NCBI GenBank assembly: GCA_026395815.1
Contig: JAPLXZ010000010.1
Coordinates: forward strand, 70,659 to 134,658
DNA from: Candidatus Pacearchaeota archaeon
GTDB lineage: Archaea > Nanobdellota > Nanobdellia > Pacearchaeales > GW2011-AR1
DNA: 64,000 bases
Direction: 5' to 3'
The notes under the pieces are model-generated. The model was not told where the DNA came from and did not search any database. It saw nothing but the letters and a program-made list of their open reading frames with translations. Shown piece by piece: positions 21,182 to 29,054 of this stretch. Within the stretch, counting starts at the first letter, position 1. Each line of letters starts with the position of its first letter. A program made the translations under genes and the position numbers.

Positions 21182-21728
21182 CCTTGAACATCTTTCTTAA
21201 AATACTGCTAAATAACATAGCAAAAATCAAATAAAACCAAAACCAATTTAAAAAACCAAAGAATTTTGGATTTCCTAATAAAACAAAGAAATCATTGAAC
21301 CATCTAAAGAACAAAATGAATGGAATTCCGGTAAATAAGATAGACCTGCTTGTTAATTTAAATGTTTTTGGTATAAATTCAAACTGCTTCTTTGATAACT
21401 CTGCTGTTTTTCCTGGATCATCTCTAAATTTTTTCATTTCTTCCTGTAACATCTTTTGCTGTTCTTTCAATTCTTTTAAAGCCCCTTGATCTGTTGCATA
21501 CTTTTGCAACAGGGTTGTTATTAAAGTTATTATGAAGATTATTATAATCATCCCAATTTCAATATTCCATTTCAGCAAAACACCGGCACTTGGATTTAAA
21601 ACAGCATGAACTGCATTTTTTATAAAAGGAATCTGATCCCAACAAGCAGCAATGACTACAGAAGCAATCATTACAAAGATTATAGGCATAAAACTACCGT
21701 CTTTTTTACCCATTTTATCATTAATCAA
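21174..21728 (-). CDS. DUF106/EMC3-like (archaeal YidC-like) membrane protein
   Basis: TM, charged coiled loop (KELKEQQKMLQEEMKKFRDDP), TMs; canonical position downstream of secY. Confidence 0.6.
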   Translation of the reverse strand: MINDKMGKKDGSFMPIIFVMIASVVIAACWDQIPFIKNAVHAVLNPSAGVLLKWNIEIGMIIIIFIITLITTLLQKYATDQGALKELKEQQKMLQEEMKKFRDDPGKTAELSKKQFEFIPKTFKLTSRSILFTGIPFILFFRWFNDFFVLLGNPKFFGFLNWFWFYLIFAMLFSSILRKMFKVV

Positions 21729-21743
21729 ATTTACTTTTTAAAC

Positions 21744-23183
21744 TTAAGTTTTCATAAATTTCCTTAATGCAGGATTCATATCTGTTTGATGTTGCTGAAC
21801 AATGTTCTGATAGAACTGAAAGAAAATCATTACAACAAGCAAGATAGCTGTTCCAGAGGTTAATGCTCCCATTAAGTTTGTTACTGAAGCCAAAAATCCA
21901 ATAGCAATTCCCCCCATAACAGTTAAAGGCATGATATACCTGTCTAAAATGCTTTCTAAAACTCTTTCATCCTGCCTAAATCCTGAAATTTGCAATCCTG
22001 AAGAAGATATCTTATTGGCTTGAGCCTTTGAATCCATTCCTGAAGTCTTAACCCAAAATACTGCGAATAAAGTTGAAAGAACTACATAAAACAAAATGTG
22101 AGTTAATCCCTGAAGTAAATACTTTAGCAAAAATCCCCCCCTTATTATTAATTCTAGAAGATTAGTTGAACCCATCCAGAATGCTAAACCAGAAATTGGC
22201 TGTCCATCAATAAAATGTCCTAAAAATCCAAAATAGGAAGCAAACTTTGCAATTCCTGCGCAAGTTCCTCCAACTATAAAGCAGGGAGCAGCAGCATTCT
22301 CTAAGATTCCTCCAAAGACTTGAAAGCTAACAACCAATGCAGCAGTTAAGATTACAGGAATGTTTGAAGCATAAAAGAAAGATAAAGGCCATTTTACATT
22401 ATAACCTCTTATTCTTCCCATTGACAATGGAACTTCTACTTTCAATGATTGTGCCCATACAATAACCAAGAAGATTATTACTGTAGCAATGATTGCACCT
22501 GCAGCAGATATTAATTCTGTAGGATATTTGTTAATTACTGCTTGTATCAAAACAAAGATTTTCCCAGGACATGCTGTTTTCCCAAAATCTAACAGACAAT
22601 TTCTTCCCTCTTGATTTACAAACTGAATTGCGCTAGTTATCAAATGCCATGAAGCACCAGCTGCAATAAACAAGCTTATTCCAGAACCGAATCCCCACTT
22701 GCTTGTTACTTCGTCCATATAATAAATTGCTATTCCTCCAAGTATTAATTGAAAGATAAGAAGCGGAGCAAGACCAGGAGATGCCTGCAATCCTTGCATT
22801 AAAACATAAATAAGTGCCTCAAAAATTATAAAGAAGAGAGTCAAGATTTTTTGAATTCCCTGAAAAAACTTTCTACCTTCAACACTCGTTGTGTCTATAT
22901 TAAGTATTCCACTTCCAGTAAGCAACTGCAAAATAACTGAAGCCATTACTATTGGTCCAATACCCAAAGAGATTATGCTTCCAAAGTCAGTCCCAAGAAT
23001 TATTGCTAAATATTTGAATCTTTCAAGAGCATTATTTGAAAGTCCGAAAAGCGGGATGTTTGCGAGAACAAAAAAAGAAACCAAGATTATCAAAGTCCAT
23101 TTTAATTTTACACTAAAACTTACTTTTTTCTCATCAGGACTTTTGACTTCTGGTATAAATTTGAATATGCCTCTTAAATCCAT
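21744..23183 (-). CDS. secY: Preprotein translocase SecY
   Basis: Family-typical sequence. Start set at MDLRGIFKF because the 16 extra track codons read through the leader element. Confidence 0.9.
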   Translation of the reverse strand: MDLRGIFKFIPEVKSPDEKKVSFSVKLKWTLIILVSFFVLANIPLFGLSNNALERFKYLAIILGTDFGSIISLGIGPIVMASVILQLLTGSGILNIDTTSVEGRKFFQGIQKILTLFFIIFEALIYVLMQGLQASPGLAPLLIFQLILGGIAIYYMDEVTSKWGFGSGISLFIAAGASWHLITSAIQFVNQEGRNCLLDFGKTACPGKIFVLIQAVINKYPTELISAAGAIIATVIIFLVIVWAQSLKVEVPLSMGRIRGYNVKWPLSFFYASNIPVILTAALVVSFQVFGGILENAAAPCFIVGGTCAGIAKFASYFGFLGHFIDGQPISGLAFWMGSTNLLELIIRGGFLLKYLLQGLTHILFYVVLSTLFAVFWVKTSGMDSKAQANKISSSGLQISGFRQDERVLESILDRYIMPLTVMGGIAIGFLASVTNLMGALTSGTAILLVVMIFFQFYQNIVQQHQTDMNPALRKFMKT

Positions 23184-23222
23184 TATGCAAAATCTCCTGT
23201 TTTGTATTTTGGTTGAATTTCC
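23181..23222 (-). repeat. 3' half of the conserved leader element, directly before secY
   Basis: Sense strand: GGAAATTCAACCAAAATACAAAACAGGAGATTTTGCATAATG. Confidence 0.6.
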
Positions 23223-23274
23223 TGTGCACAAGTTCCTCGTCTTGTGCAGTGGCTGACTTCCTGTCTGCTACGTT
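23223..23274 (-). other. GC-rich (~54%) spacer with two predicted hairpins
   Basis: 8-bp stem TGCACAAG/CTTGTGCA (23225-23232 with 23241-23248), plus GCAGAC/GTCAGC with one mismatch. Confidence 0.35.
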
Positions 23275-23331
23275 CTACCATTGTGCAAATCTCCTAAATT
23301 TGTATTTATGGCAAATTTCTCGTTTGCTCAT
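23275..23331 (-). repeat. Full leader-element copy with no gene attached (mini-ORF MSKREICHKYKFRRFAQW)
   Basis: Sense strand: ATGAGCAAACGAGAAATTTGCCATAAATACAAATTTAGGAGATTTGCACAATGGTAG. It starts at a TAAAATG junction with the rpl15 stop. Confidence 0.6.
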
Positions 23332-23332
23332 T

Positions 23333-23773
23333 TTATTTCACTAAAATTTCTCCACCCGCCTCTTTTACTTTTTCCATTGCAGATTTTGAAGCTTCTTTTG
23401 CTTTTATAATCAATTTTTCTTTTATTTCTCCATCACCAAGGATTTTATAATCCTCTAAATTAACTTCCCATTTATCCTCTTTCTTCTTCCCGTAGGTTTT
23501 AAGATTTTGTTCTATTGTTCCAAGATTTATTCTTTTCCTTTTATCTCTCTCTGTTCTTTTGCTAGTGATTCCTTGTTTTCCAAAATATTTATTGCCAAAC
23601 AATTTTATGACAAGGCTTTTTTTCTGGTCTGCTCTTTTTCCTGTTCCAGACATTCCTTTCCCACCATAATGTCCTTTCTTCTTGTGTTTTTTTCTCTCTC
23701 CCCATCCATGCGTTCCTCTACCTCTTCCTTGCATTCTGCTTGATTTTCTTCTTTTGTGTGTTTTGATTGCCAT
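23333..23773 (-). CDS. rpl15: Ribosomal protein uL15
   Basis: GRGRGTHGWG...GGKGMSGTGKR motif; operon position. Confidence 0.85.
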   Translation of the reverse strand: MAIKTHKRRKSSRMQGRGRGTHGWGERKKHKKKGHYGGKGMSGTGKRADQKKSLVIKLFGNKYFGKQGITSKRTERDKRKRINLGTIEQNLKTYGKKKEDKWEVNLEDYKILGDGEIKEKLIIKAKEASKSAMEKVKEAGGEILVK

Positions 23774-23774
23774 T

Positions 23775-24080
23775 TTATTTCACTATTATCCTTTTTAATT
23801 TGTTTATATCTAACTGTCCTTGATGAGCTGATGCATAACATTCGTCATATCTTTCATCCCACAAGTCTAATCTAACAAGTTCACACCTTAGATGATAATA
23901 ATCATAATAGATATCACTATCAACATAATTAGATTTTCCCTCTTTAATTTTTTTAGCTATCCTATCTATAGCGATTATTTTGTCTTTCACATCTCGATTA
24001 ACTAAGGTTCTATAATAATCTGGTTTCCCTTTCATTACTTTTGTAACTTCTTCTGCAACAACTTGAGCTATGGTTTTCAT
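23775..24080 (-). CDS. Hypothetical 101-aa protein inserted between rpl30 and rpl15
   Basis: ORF tightly packed (1-nt gap to rpl15); no family recognised. Confidence 0.5.
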   Translation of the reverse strand: MKTIAQVVAEEVTKVMKGKPDYYRTLVNRDVKDKIIAIDRIAKKIKEGKSNYVDSDIYYDYYHLRCELVRLDLWDERYDECYASAHQGQLDINKLKRIIVK

Positions 24081-24166
24081 AACATCCTCTCTATTAACTC
24101 ATTTATTTTCTCTTCCGATTTTTTGTTTACAAAATATCGCAAACTGAAATTAATTTTTTTCATCAT
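24077..24166 (-). other. 29-codon mini-ORF (MMKKINFSLRYFVNKKSEEKINELIERML) bridging rpl30 and the 101-aa ORF
   Basis: ATGA overlaps at both ends. Its C-terminus repeats the rpl30 C-terminus (TEINKLIERML). Confidence 0.45.
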
Positions 24167-24510
24167 AGCATTCTCTCAATTAATTTATTAATTTCAGTTT
24201 TATTATTTCCTAAAACTCCCTTCCCAATTCCAAAAGGTTTTTTGCTTTCAATTCCCTTTCTTGGTGGATGTAATCTAAAAAAGGTTTTTGATTTCTTTCC
24301 ACGAGCTTGAACTAATTTTTCATATGTTTCTTCGCTAATATCACCATATGCAACAAAATTCCTAACTTTTTCAATCATCCCTAATTGTTCTTTGCCTGGT
24401 TTTTCTGAAACAATACACGAATATTTCTTTTTTAATCTCAATCTTTCAAATGTTTCTTTTATCTCTTTTCTTAGCCCAACATTTCCTTTTATCCTTATTA
24501 CTGCTATCAT
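24163..24510 (-). CDS. rpl30: Ribosomal protein uL30
   Basis: MIAVIRIKGNVG start; ATGA overlap with the rps5 stop. Confidence 0.8.
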   Translation of the reverse strand: MIAVIRIKGNVGLRKEIKETFERLRLKKKYSCIVSEKPGKEQLGMIEKVRNFVAYGDISEETYEKLVQARGKKSKTFFRLHPPRKGIESKKPFGIGKGVLGNNKTEINKLIERML

Positions 24511-25277
24511 CTTTCTTTCTCCATATTTGTTTTTTCTAATGCATTGATACATGCTTTTACTAAATTTGATGTTGTTCTTCTGCTTCCAAAACTTTTGCTA
24601 TAAACATCTTTTATTCCTGCAAGTTTTAATACTTTTTTTAATTCATTTGCTACTACAAGGCCTGTTCCTTGTGGTGCAGGTGTCAAGATTATTTCTACGC
24701 TTCCTGCCTTTCCAATTACCTTGAATGGTATGCTGTGTGGTTCTGAACAAGCACAATCAAAACTTGAACACCCTCTTGTTACTTTCATGATATTCAATTT
24801 TGCTTTTCTTATTGCTTTGTCTCTTGCTGGAAGAGTTTCTTTTGCTTCTCCTGCTCCAATACCAACATGTCCGTCTTCATCGCCAATAACAGCAAGAGTA
24901 GAGAATGTTGGCACGTTTCCTTCTTTTGTTTTTCTTTGGGTTTGTTTCCATGCTCTTCTTTTTCCTCCACCAAACTTCCCTTTTGATTGTCCTATAGAAA
25001 TTAAATCAGATTTTACATTCAATAAAAAATCAACAATCTGTTGTTCCAATATTTTTCTTTTGCTTGTTAAAATATCATCAATATTCTTGATGTTTTTTTC
25101 CTTAACTTCTCTTCCGAGTTTTGTTTTTGGGATCCATGAAGCGAGTTCCTGTTTTCTGCTTTCTTCTTCTCTTCTCGTTTTTTCATCGATTATTTTCAAT
25201 TCTTTATCTATTTCTTTCTCTAAAAGTTCTTCGCTTATTATTTCTGGTTTTTCTTCATTAATTTTTTTCTCGGTCAT
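24507..25277 (-). CDS. rps5: Ribosomal protein uS5
   Basis: S5 dsRBD and C-domain sequence; K/E-rich N-terminus. Confidence 0.9.
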   Translation of the reverse strand: MTEKKINEEKPEIISEELLEKEIDKELKIIDEKTRREEESRKQELASWIPKTKLGREVKEKNIKNIDDILTSKRKILEQQIVDFLLNVKSDLISIGQSKGKFGGGKRRAWKQTQRKTKEGNVPTFSTLAVIGDEDGHVGIGAGEAKETLPARDKAIRKAKLNIMKVTRGCSSFDCACSEPHSIPFKVIGKAGSVEIILTPAPQGTGLVVANELKKVLKLAGIKDVYSKSFGSRRTTSNLVKACINALEKTNMEKER

Positions 25278-25279
25278 TT

Positions 25280-25774
25280 TTAGTTTTTTTCTATCTTCGA
25301 TTTAATTTCATTGAATTTTTGTGAAAAATCTTTTTTCATGTGTTTTCCACTTATCCTATCTTTATCTGGGAAACATTCTTCATCACATTTTATTTTTATT
25401 CCAGATTCTATAATTCCATTCAAAAAAGCATAAGCTCTATTTTTTCTTATTGCTCTAACCATACCAAAATCAGCAATAGGGGTTTTTAATTTGTTTTTGA
25501 TGATTTCTTTTCCTATAAGCAATCCAGTTAAATATGCTGCTGGAATTGACTTCAAACTTCCACTCATTTCATTAGGCCAACCGTATTTGATTAAAGCTTT
25601 TGAAGTCAATCCTATCTCGACTTTGTCTTGCGCTTCTTTGCTTGTTACATATTGTGCGAGGATATACTTGTTTGTTTTTCTGAAAATTACTCTTGGACAC
25701 TTGTTTTTTAACAATTTTATTCTCTTCAAATAATCTGTTTTTCCTTCCTTCCTTCTTCGCTTTAAAGTTTTCAT
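25280..25774 (-). CDS. rpl18: Ribosomal protein uL18
   Basis: Sequence and operon position. Confidence 0.85.
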   Translation of the reverse strand: MKTLKRRRKEGKTDYLKRIKLLKNKCPRVIFRKTNKYILAQYVTSKEAQDKVEIGLTSKALIKYGWPNEMSGSLKSIPAAYLTGLLIGKEIIKNKLKTPIADFGMVRAIRKNRAYAFLNGIIESGIKIKCDEECFPDKDRISGKHMKKDFSQKFNEIKSKIEKN

Positions 25775-26172
25775 TATTTATTTCCTCCAAAATATTCTTT
25801 TATATGGTTTTTATCCCTGAAGAATTTATTTTTTATTTTTTTTCTTACATCTTCCAATTCTTTTTTTGTCAACTTTCCCCTTACTTCTGCAACGTACTTT
25901 CTTAATTTTCTTGTTAAGATCATATAGTCTCTCTTACGCGTTTTTACTTTCTTTTTAATATTTCCAGTGCTTCTTTTTTTCTTCTTTTTGATATTTGTCT
26001 TCCTGCCTTTAATGTTCTTTATTGTTATTGCCCCATCTTTTTGCAAATCTCTAATATCCTGTTTTGTAATTGCTTCTTTTATTTCATCTAATCTAGAATT
26101 TGAGAAGGCAATTCTCTCTAACCCAACTCCAAAAGTTCTTGCAGCTAATAATTTTTTCTTTTTTAAATTCAT
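25774..26172 (-). CDS. rpl19e: Ribosomal protein eL19
   Basis: Start set at MNLKKKKLLAAR, downstream of GGAGG. Confidence 0.85.
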   Translation of the reverse strand: MNLKKKKLLAARTFGVGLERIAFSNSRLDEIKEAITKQDIRDLQKDGAITIKNIKGRKTNIKKKKKRSTGNIKKKVKTRKRDYMILTRKLRKYVAEVRGKLTKKELEDVRKKIKNKFFRDKNHIKEYFGGNK

Positions 26173-26222
26173 TATGTAAAACCTCCCGTTTTGTATTTGT
26201 GGCAAATTTCTTGTTTGCTCAT
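26170..26222 (-). repeat. Leader-element copy (reference copy); mini-ORF MSKQEICHKYKTGGFT
   Basis: Sense strand: ATGAGCAAACAAGAAATTTGCCACAAATACAAAACGGGAGGTTTTACATAATG. ATGA overlap with the rpl32e stop; TAATG overlap with the rpl19e start. Confidence 0.65.
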
Positions 26223-26599
26223 TTTTTCTTCTCCTTATCTTTTACTTCTTTTCTTTCATTTTTCTTTAGGAATTTTTCTGTATTAATGTTTGAAACATGA
26301 ATTCCCATCTCTTTTGCTTTTTTTATCAATTCAATTTTTTTTCTTTTTCCGATTTTTCCAATTATTATACTTTCCTTTGCTTTAACTTTTTCAAGTTCCT
26401 TTAAATTGCTGATTAGCATTATTTTTTTCTTATCTTCCTGTTTATACCCTATTCTTACTGACGCAGGATATCCTTTTTGTTTTTCTCTCATTTTATTATG
26501 CCTTCCTTTTGGTTTTCTCCAAACTTGTTTTTTCTTTCTTCCTTTCCCAAGCCGTGAATGCTTATCCCAGTTTCTTCTTAAGAATTTAATTTTTCCCAT
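26219..26599 (-). CDS. rpl32e: Ribosomal protein eL32
   Basis: Start set at MGKIKFLRRNW; KGRHNKMR motif. Confidence 0.85.
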   Translation of the reverse strand: MGKIKFLRRNWDKHSRLGKGRKKKQVWRKPKGRHNKMREKQKGYPASVRIGYKQEDKKKIMLISNLKELEKVKAKESIIIGKIGKRKKIELIKKAKEMGIHVSNINTEKFLKKNERKEVKDKEKKK

Positions 26600-26641
26600 T
26601 ATGCAAACCTCCCGGGTTGTATCCACAATTTCTGAGGACAT
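26597..26641 (-). repeat. Divergent leader-element copy before rpl32e
   Basis: Sense strand: ATGTCCTCAGAAATTGTGGATACAACCCGGGAGGTTTGCATAATG. Here the upstream ATG is in frame with rpl32e. Confidence 0.5.
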
Positions 26642-26663
26642 ATGAAAAATTTACTTTCCATAT

Positions 26664-27206
26664 TTACATTTCCTCCCCGCATTTGTTGGTTATGAATATG
26701 CCGTCTTGAAAAACTCTTCTGTCTCTTTTAGAAATTCTTGTAACATTCTCTAAATTAGCTGCAACCATCCCAGCTAATTCTTTGTTTATTGACCTTACTG
26801 TTATTATTTCTTTTTCAACTTCAACTTCAATTCCTTGAGGAAATTTTATTCTCCTTGGAACTTTTTCACCCAAAAAATTCTTTATTATTACTTCATTATT
26901 CTTAAGTTCGGCAGTTATAGGAAAATGGCTAAAACAAACTTTCAACTTATATTCGAATTTTTTTTGAACACCTTTAATCATATTTCTGATATGTGCAGCA
27001 ATTGTATTCATTATTCTTTTTTCTTTTTTAGTTGCTTTTTTGTTTCCTATTATTATTTGATTGTTTTTCTTTTCTGCGCTTAATTTTGAGAAATCAAATT
27101 TTCTTTCATTTATTCCATGTGTTCCACTGACTTTGACAAGATTTTCAATTAATTCAACTTCTACCCCATTTGGAATTTCAATTGTTTGGAATAATTCTTT
27201 TTTCAT
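26664..27206 (-). CDS. rpl6: Ribosomal protein uL6
   Basis: Sequence and operon position. Confidence 0.85.
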   Translation of the reverse strand: MKKELFQTIEIPNGVEVELIENLVKVSGTHGINERKFDFSKLSAEKKNNQIIIGNKKATKKEKRIMNTIAAHIRNMIKGVQKKFEYKLKVCFSHFPITAELKNNEVIIKNFLGEKVPRRIKFPQGIEVEVEKEIITVRSINKELAGMVAANLENVTRISKRDRRVFQDGIFITNKCGEEM

Positions 27207-27209
27207 AAT

Positions 27210-27590
27210 CTAGTAAAAATATGCTACCAAGCATCCTCCTGTTCCTTCTGTTAATGCCTCTTCATGAGTCATTAATCCCTTATTTGTTGAGATTATCATT
27301 GTTCCTATGTTTCTTGCTGGAAGATATCTTCTCTGATATTTTTCAATTTGCTCTTTTTTGACGGTGAATCTTGGTTTGATTGCCCTGCATTCAGACAACT
27401 TTCCAATGCCTACTTCTACGCTTTTCTTTTTGCTGTTGATTTTGTATTTCTTTATTGCTTCTTGTTGTTTCATTATTTTCAAAACCTCGATTAATAAATT
27501 TGAAATCTTTTTTATCTCTACATTTTCTTTTCCAGATTTTTTCGCATTCTTTATCATGTTTAGTGCATCAGCAACTGTATCTTGTGACAT
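27210..27590 (-). CDS. rps8: Ribosomal protein uS8
   Basis: Start set at MSQDTVADALN; TAAAATG junction with the rps14 stop. Confidence 0.85.
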   Translation of the reverse strand: MSQDTVADALNMIKNAKKSGKENVEIKKISNLLIEVLKIMKQQEAIKKYKINSKKKSVEVGIGKLSECRAIKPRFTVKKEQIEKYQRRYLPARNIGTMIISTNKGLMTHEEALTEGTGGCLVAYFY

Positions 27591-27591
27591 T

Positions 27592-27822
27592 TTATGAGTA
27601 TTTTTGAAAACCGATTTCTGTGGCAATTTCCCTGAAACAGTGTCGGCATAAATTTAATCCGTATGACTTTATATGTGCTCCAAATCTTCCGCATCGTTCA
27701 CATTTCTTTGCAGCAATCCCAATTTTTCTTTCCTTTGGCTTGTTATGTTTCAAAAATTTCTCCATAACTGCAGGTTTGTTCTTCAATTGTTTCAAAATTT
27801 TTTTCCAATCACTTGCTGTCAT
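27592..27822 (-). CDS. rps14: Ribosomal protein uS14 (zinc type)
   Basis: CERCGR...CRHCFRE motif. Confidence 0.8.
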   Translation of the reverse strand: MTASDWKKILKQLKNKPAVMEKFLKHNKPKERKIGIAAKKCERCGRFGAHIKSYGLNLCRHCFREIATEIGFQKYS

Positions 27823-27887
27823 TTAACAAACCTCCGTTTGGCGAATGAGTTAAAAATTTTCAGATTCAAAGGTAAGTTTTTTCTCAT
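27819..27887 (-). other. 22-codon mini-ORF (MRKNLPLNLKIFNSFAKRRFVK) between rpl5 and rps14
   Basis: Its own GGAG lies 6 nt upstream of its ATG. Its stop overlaps the rps14 start (ATGA). It contains a CAAAC-GGAG-GTTTG hairpin. Confidence 0.45.
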
Positions 27888-27897
27888 GTTTTTCTCC

Positions 27898-28401
27898 TTA
27901 TATAAATTTTGTTTGGAAGTTTTCTTCCATAAATTTAATTATTTCCTCTTTACTAATCCCTTGTCTTTCTGGAATTTTTCCTGTTTTTATTTTTCTTAAT
28001 TTTACCCTTCTTCCTGCTCTTTTGAATACAACAGTAACATCTAATCCCTTAATTCCAATATCTCTCTGATAGTCCATCCCAGGAATTTCAATGTATTCTT
28101 TAAGTCCAAATGAAAAATTATTCACACTTATTTGGTTCTTTTTTAGTTTATTGTCTATCGCGACTAACATTCTCTTTAATACTGCTGGAACATCTTTTCT
28201 TATTGTAGAAACAGCTCCAACTTCTAATTTTGGACGAACTCCAAATGCAGGGATTCTTTTGTGAGATTTTATCTTTGCTGGCTTTTTATTAGTCAATAAT
28301 TGAAGAAGTTTTACTCCTTTTTCTAATTCTTCTGCAGTTCCACCTACACTTAGCACAATCTTCTCCATTCTTATCTGTCTGTTCGGATTTTCGTTTTTCA
28401 T
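27898..28401 (-). CDS. rpl5: Ribosomal protein uL5
   Basis: Sequence and operon position. Confidence 0.9.
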   Translation of the reverse strand: MKNENPNRQIRMEKIVLSVGGTAEELEKGVKLLQLLTNKKPAKIKSHKRIPAFGVRPKLEVGAVSTIRKDVPAVLKRMLVAIDNKLKKNQISVNNFSFGLKEYIEIPGMDYQRDIGIKGLDVTVVFKRAGRRVKLRKIKTGKIPERQGISKEEIIKFMEENFQTKFI

Positions 28402-28403
28402 AT

Positions 28404-29054
28404 TTATTCAACCACCATTAATTGATTTATTAATATGTTAATTTCCCTATCTTCAATTTTTATTTCTGCTGTTTTATCCTTTAAATTTAATTTATTGATT
28501 ACTCCTTTTTTTCCAGAATGTTTTCCAGCAAAAACAATCACTTCAGCTTTTTCCTTTAATGGAAGACACTTTTCTATTTTTCCTTCCTTAAGATTAATCA
28601 AAACAGAATCATTTATATTACATTTAACTTCAGATAAAGAGTTTCTTCCATCACTTAAATTCAGTTGGATTTTCTTCCCCCTTAAACTTTTTTTATTGAT
28701 TATTTTTGATATTTTCTTTTCTGTCTCTGTTTTGTTTATCTCTTTAAGATAAAACTTTCCTTTTTCTGATAGTTCTAACCTATAACATTTATTTAGGGGG
28801 ATAACATTTATCGTATCGAATAATAAAACATTGTTCTTTTCATCTTTTATCTTTCTCTCATTTACTAAAACCTGTCTCAAATGAATTATCTTTTTTGCCT
28901 CTTTCCTTGTTTGTGCTAATTTGAGCAGATCTCTTAAAATAATTAATACTGGAATTCCCTTATTAATATTAAAATTAGGCTTGACTACATAAGTTGAGCC
29001 CTTTCTTTTTATTGGCCAATTTCTCGGAACTTCCTGTCTCATTAAATGACTCAT
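28404..29054 (-). CDS. rps4e: Ribosomal protein eS4
   Basis: Sequence and operon position. Confidence 0.85.
   Translation of the reverse strand: MSHLMRQEVPRNWPIKRKGSTYVVKPNFNINKGIPVLIILRDLLKLAQTRKEAKKIIHLRQVLVNERKIKDEKNNVLLFDTINVIPLNKCYRLELSEKGKFYLKEINKTETEKKISKIINKKSLRGKKIQLNLSDGRNSLSEVKCNINDSVLINLKEGKIEKCLPLKEKAEVIVFAGKHSGKKGVINKLNLKDKTAEIKIEDREINILINQLMVVE

Noticed and set aside
21744-23231. N-terminal extensions in the ORF track for secY (MCTGNSTKIQNRRFCIM...), rpl19e (MPQIQNGRFYIM...), aIF5A (MHNDRKQEVFSTNTKQEFCIM...) and the 56598 ORF (MHNEQTRNLPQIQNRRFCKM...), which look like a shared N-terminal peptide
   Set aside because: The shared residues arise from reading the conserved leader element in a frame that happens to be open. 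Each has a GGAG 8-10 nt before the internal ATG, and the family-typical N-terminus begins there. For rpl32e (MSSEIVDTTREVCIM...) the extension begins at the leader copy's own in-frame ATG, so it cannot be excluded on frame alone.
23223-23274. GC-rich segment, considered as a possible C/D-box sRNA or tRNA fragment
   Set aside because: There is no RUGAUGA C box on either strand and only one CUGA, on the plus strand. No cloverleaf can be drawn. It is kept only as an unexplained structured spacer.
24721-25305. Long antisense ORFs in the track, including 24721-25305, 29046-29498, 32012-32416, 32623-33075, 33939-34409, 37556-38080, 53941-54573, 59451-59948, 60340-60735 and 61019-61459
   Set aside because: They lie opposite confidently identified genes. 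They translate to low-complexity F/S/L/I-rich strings typical of the reverse strand of K/E-rich AT-rich coding DNA. They have no motifs.
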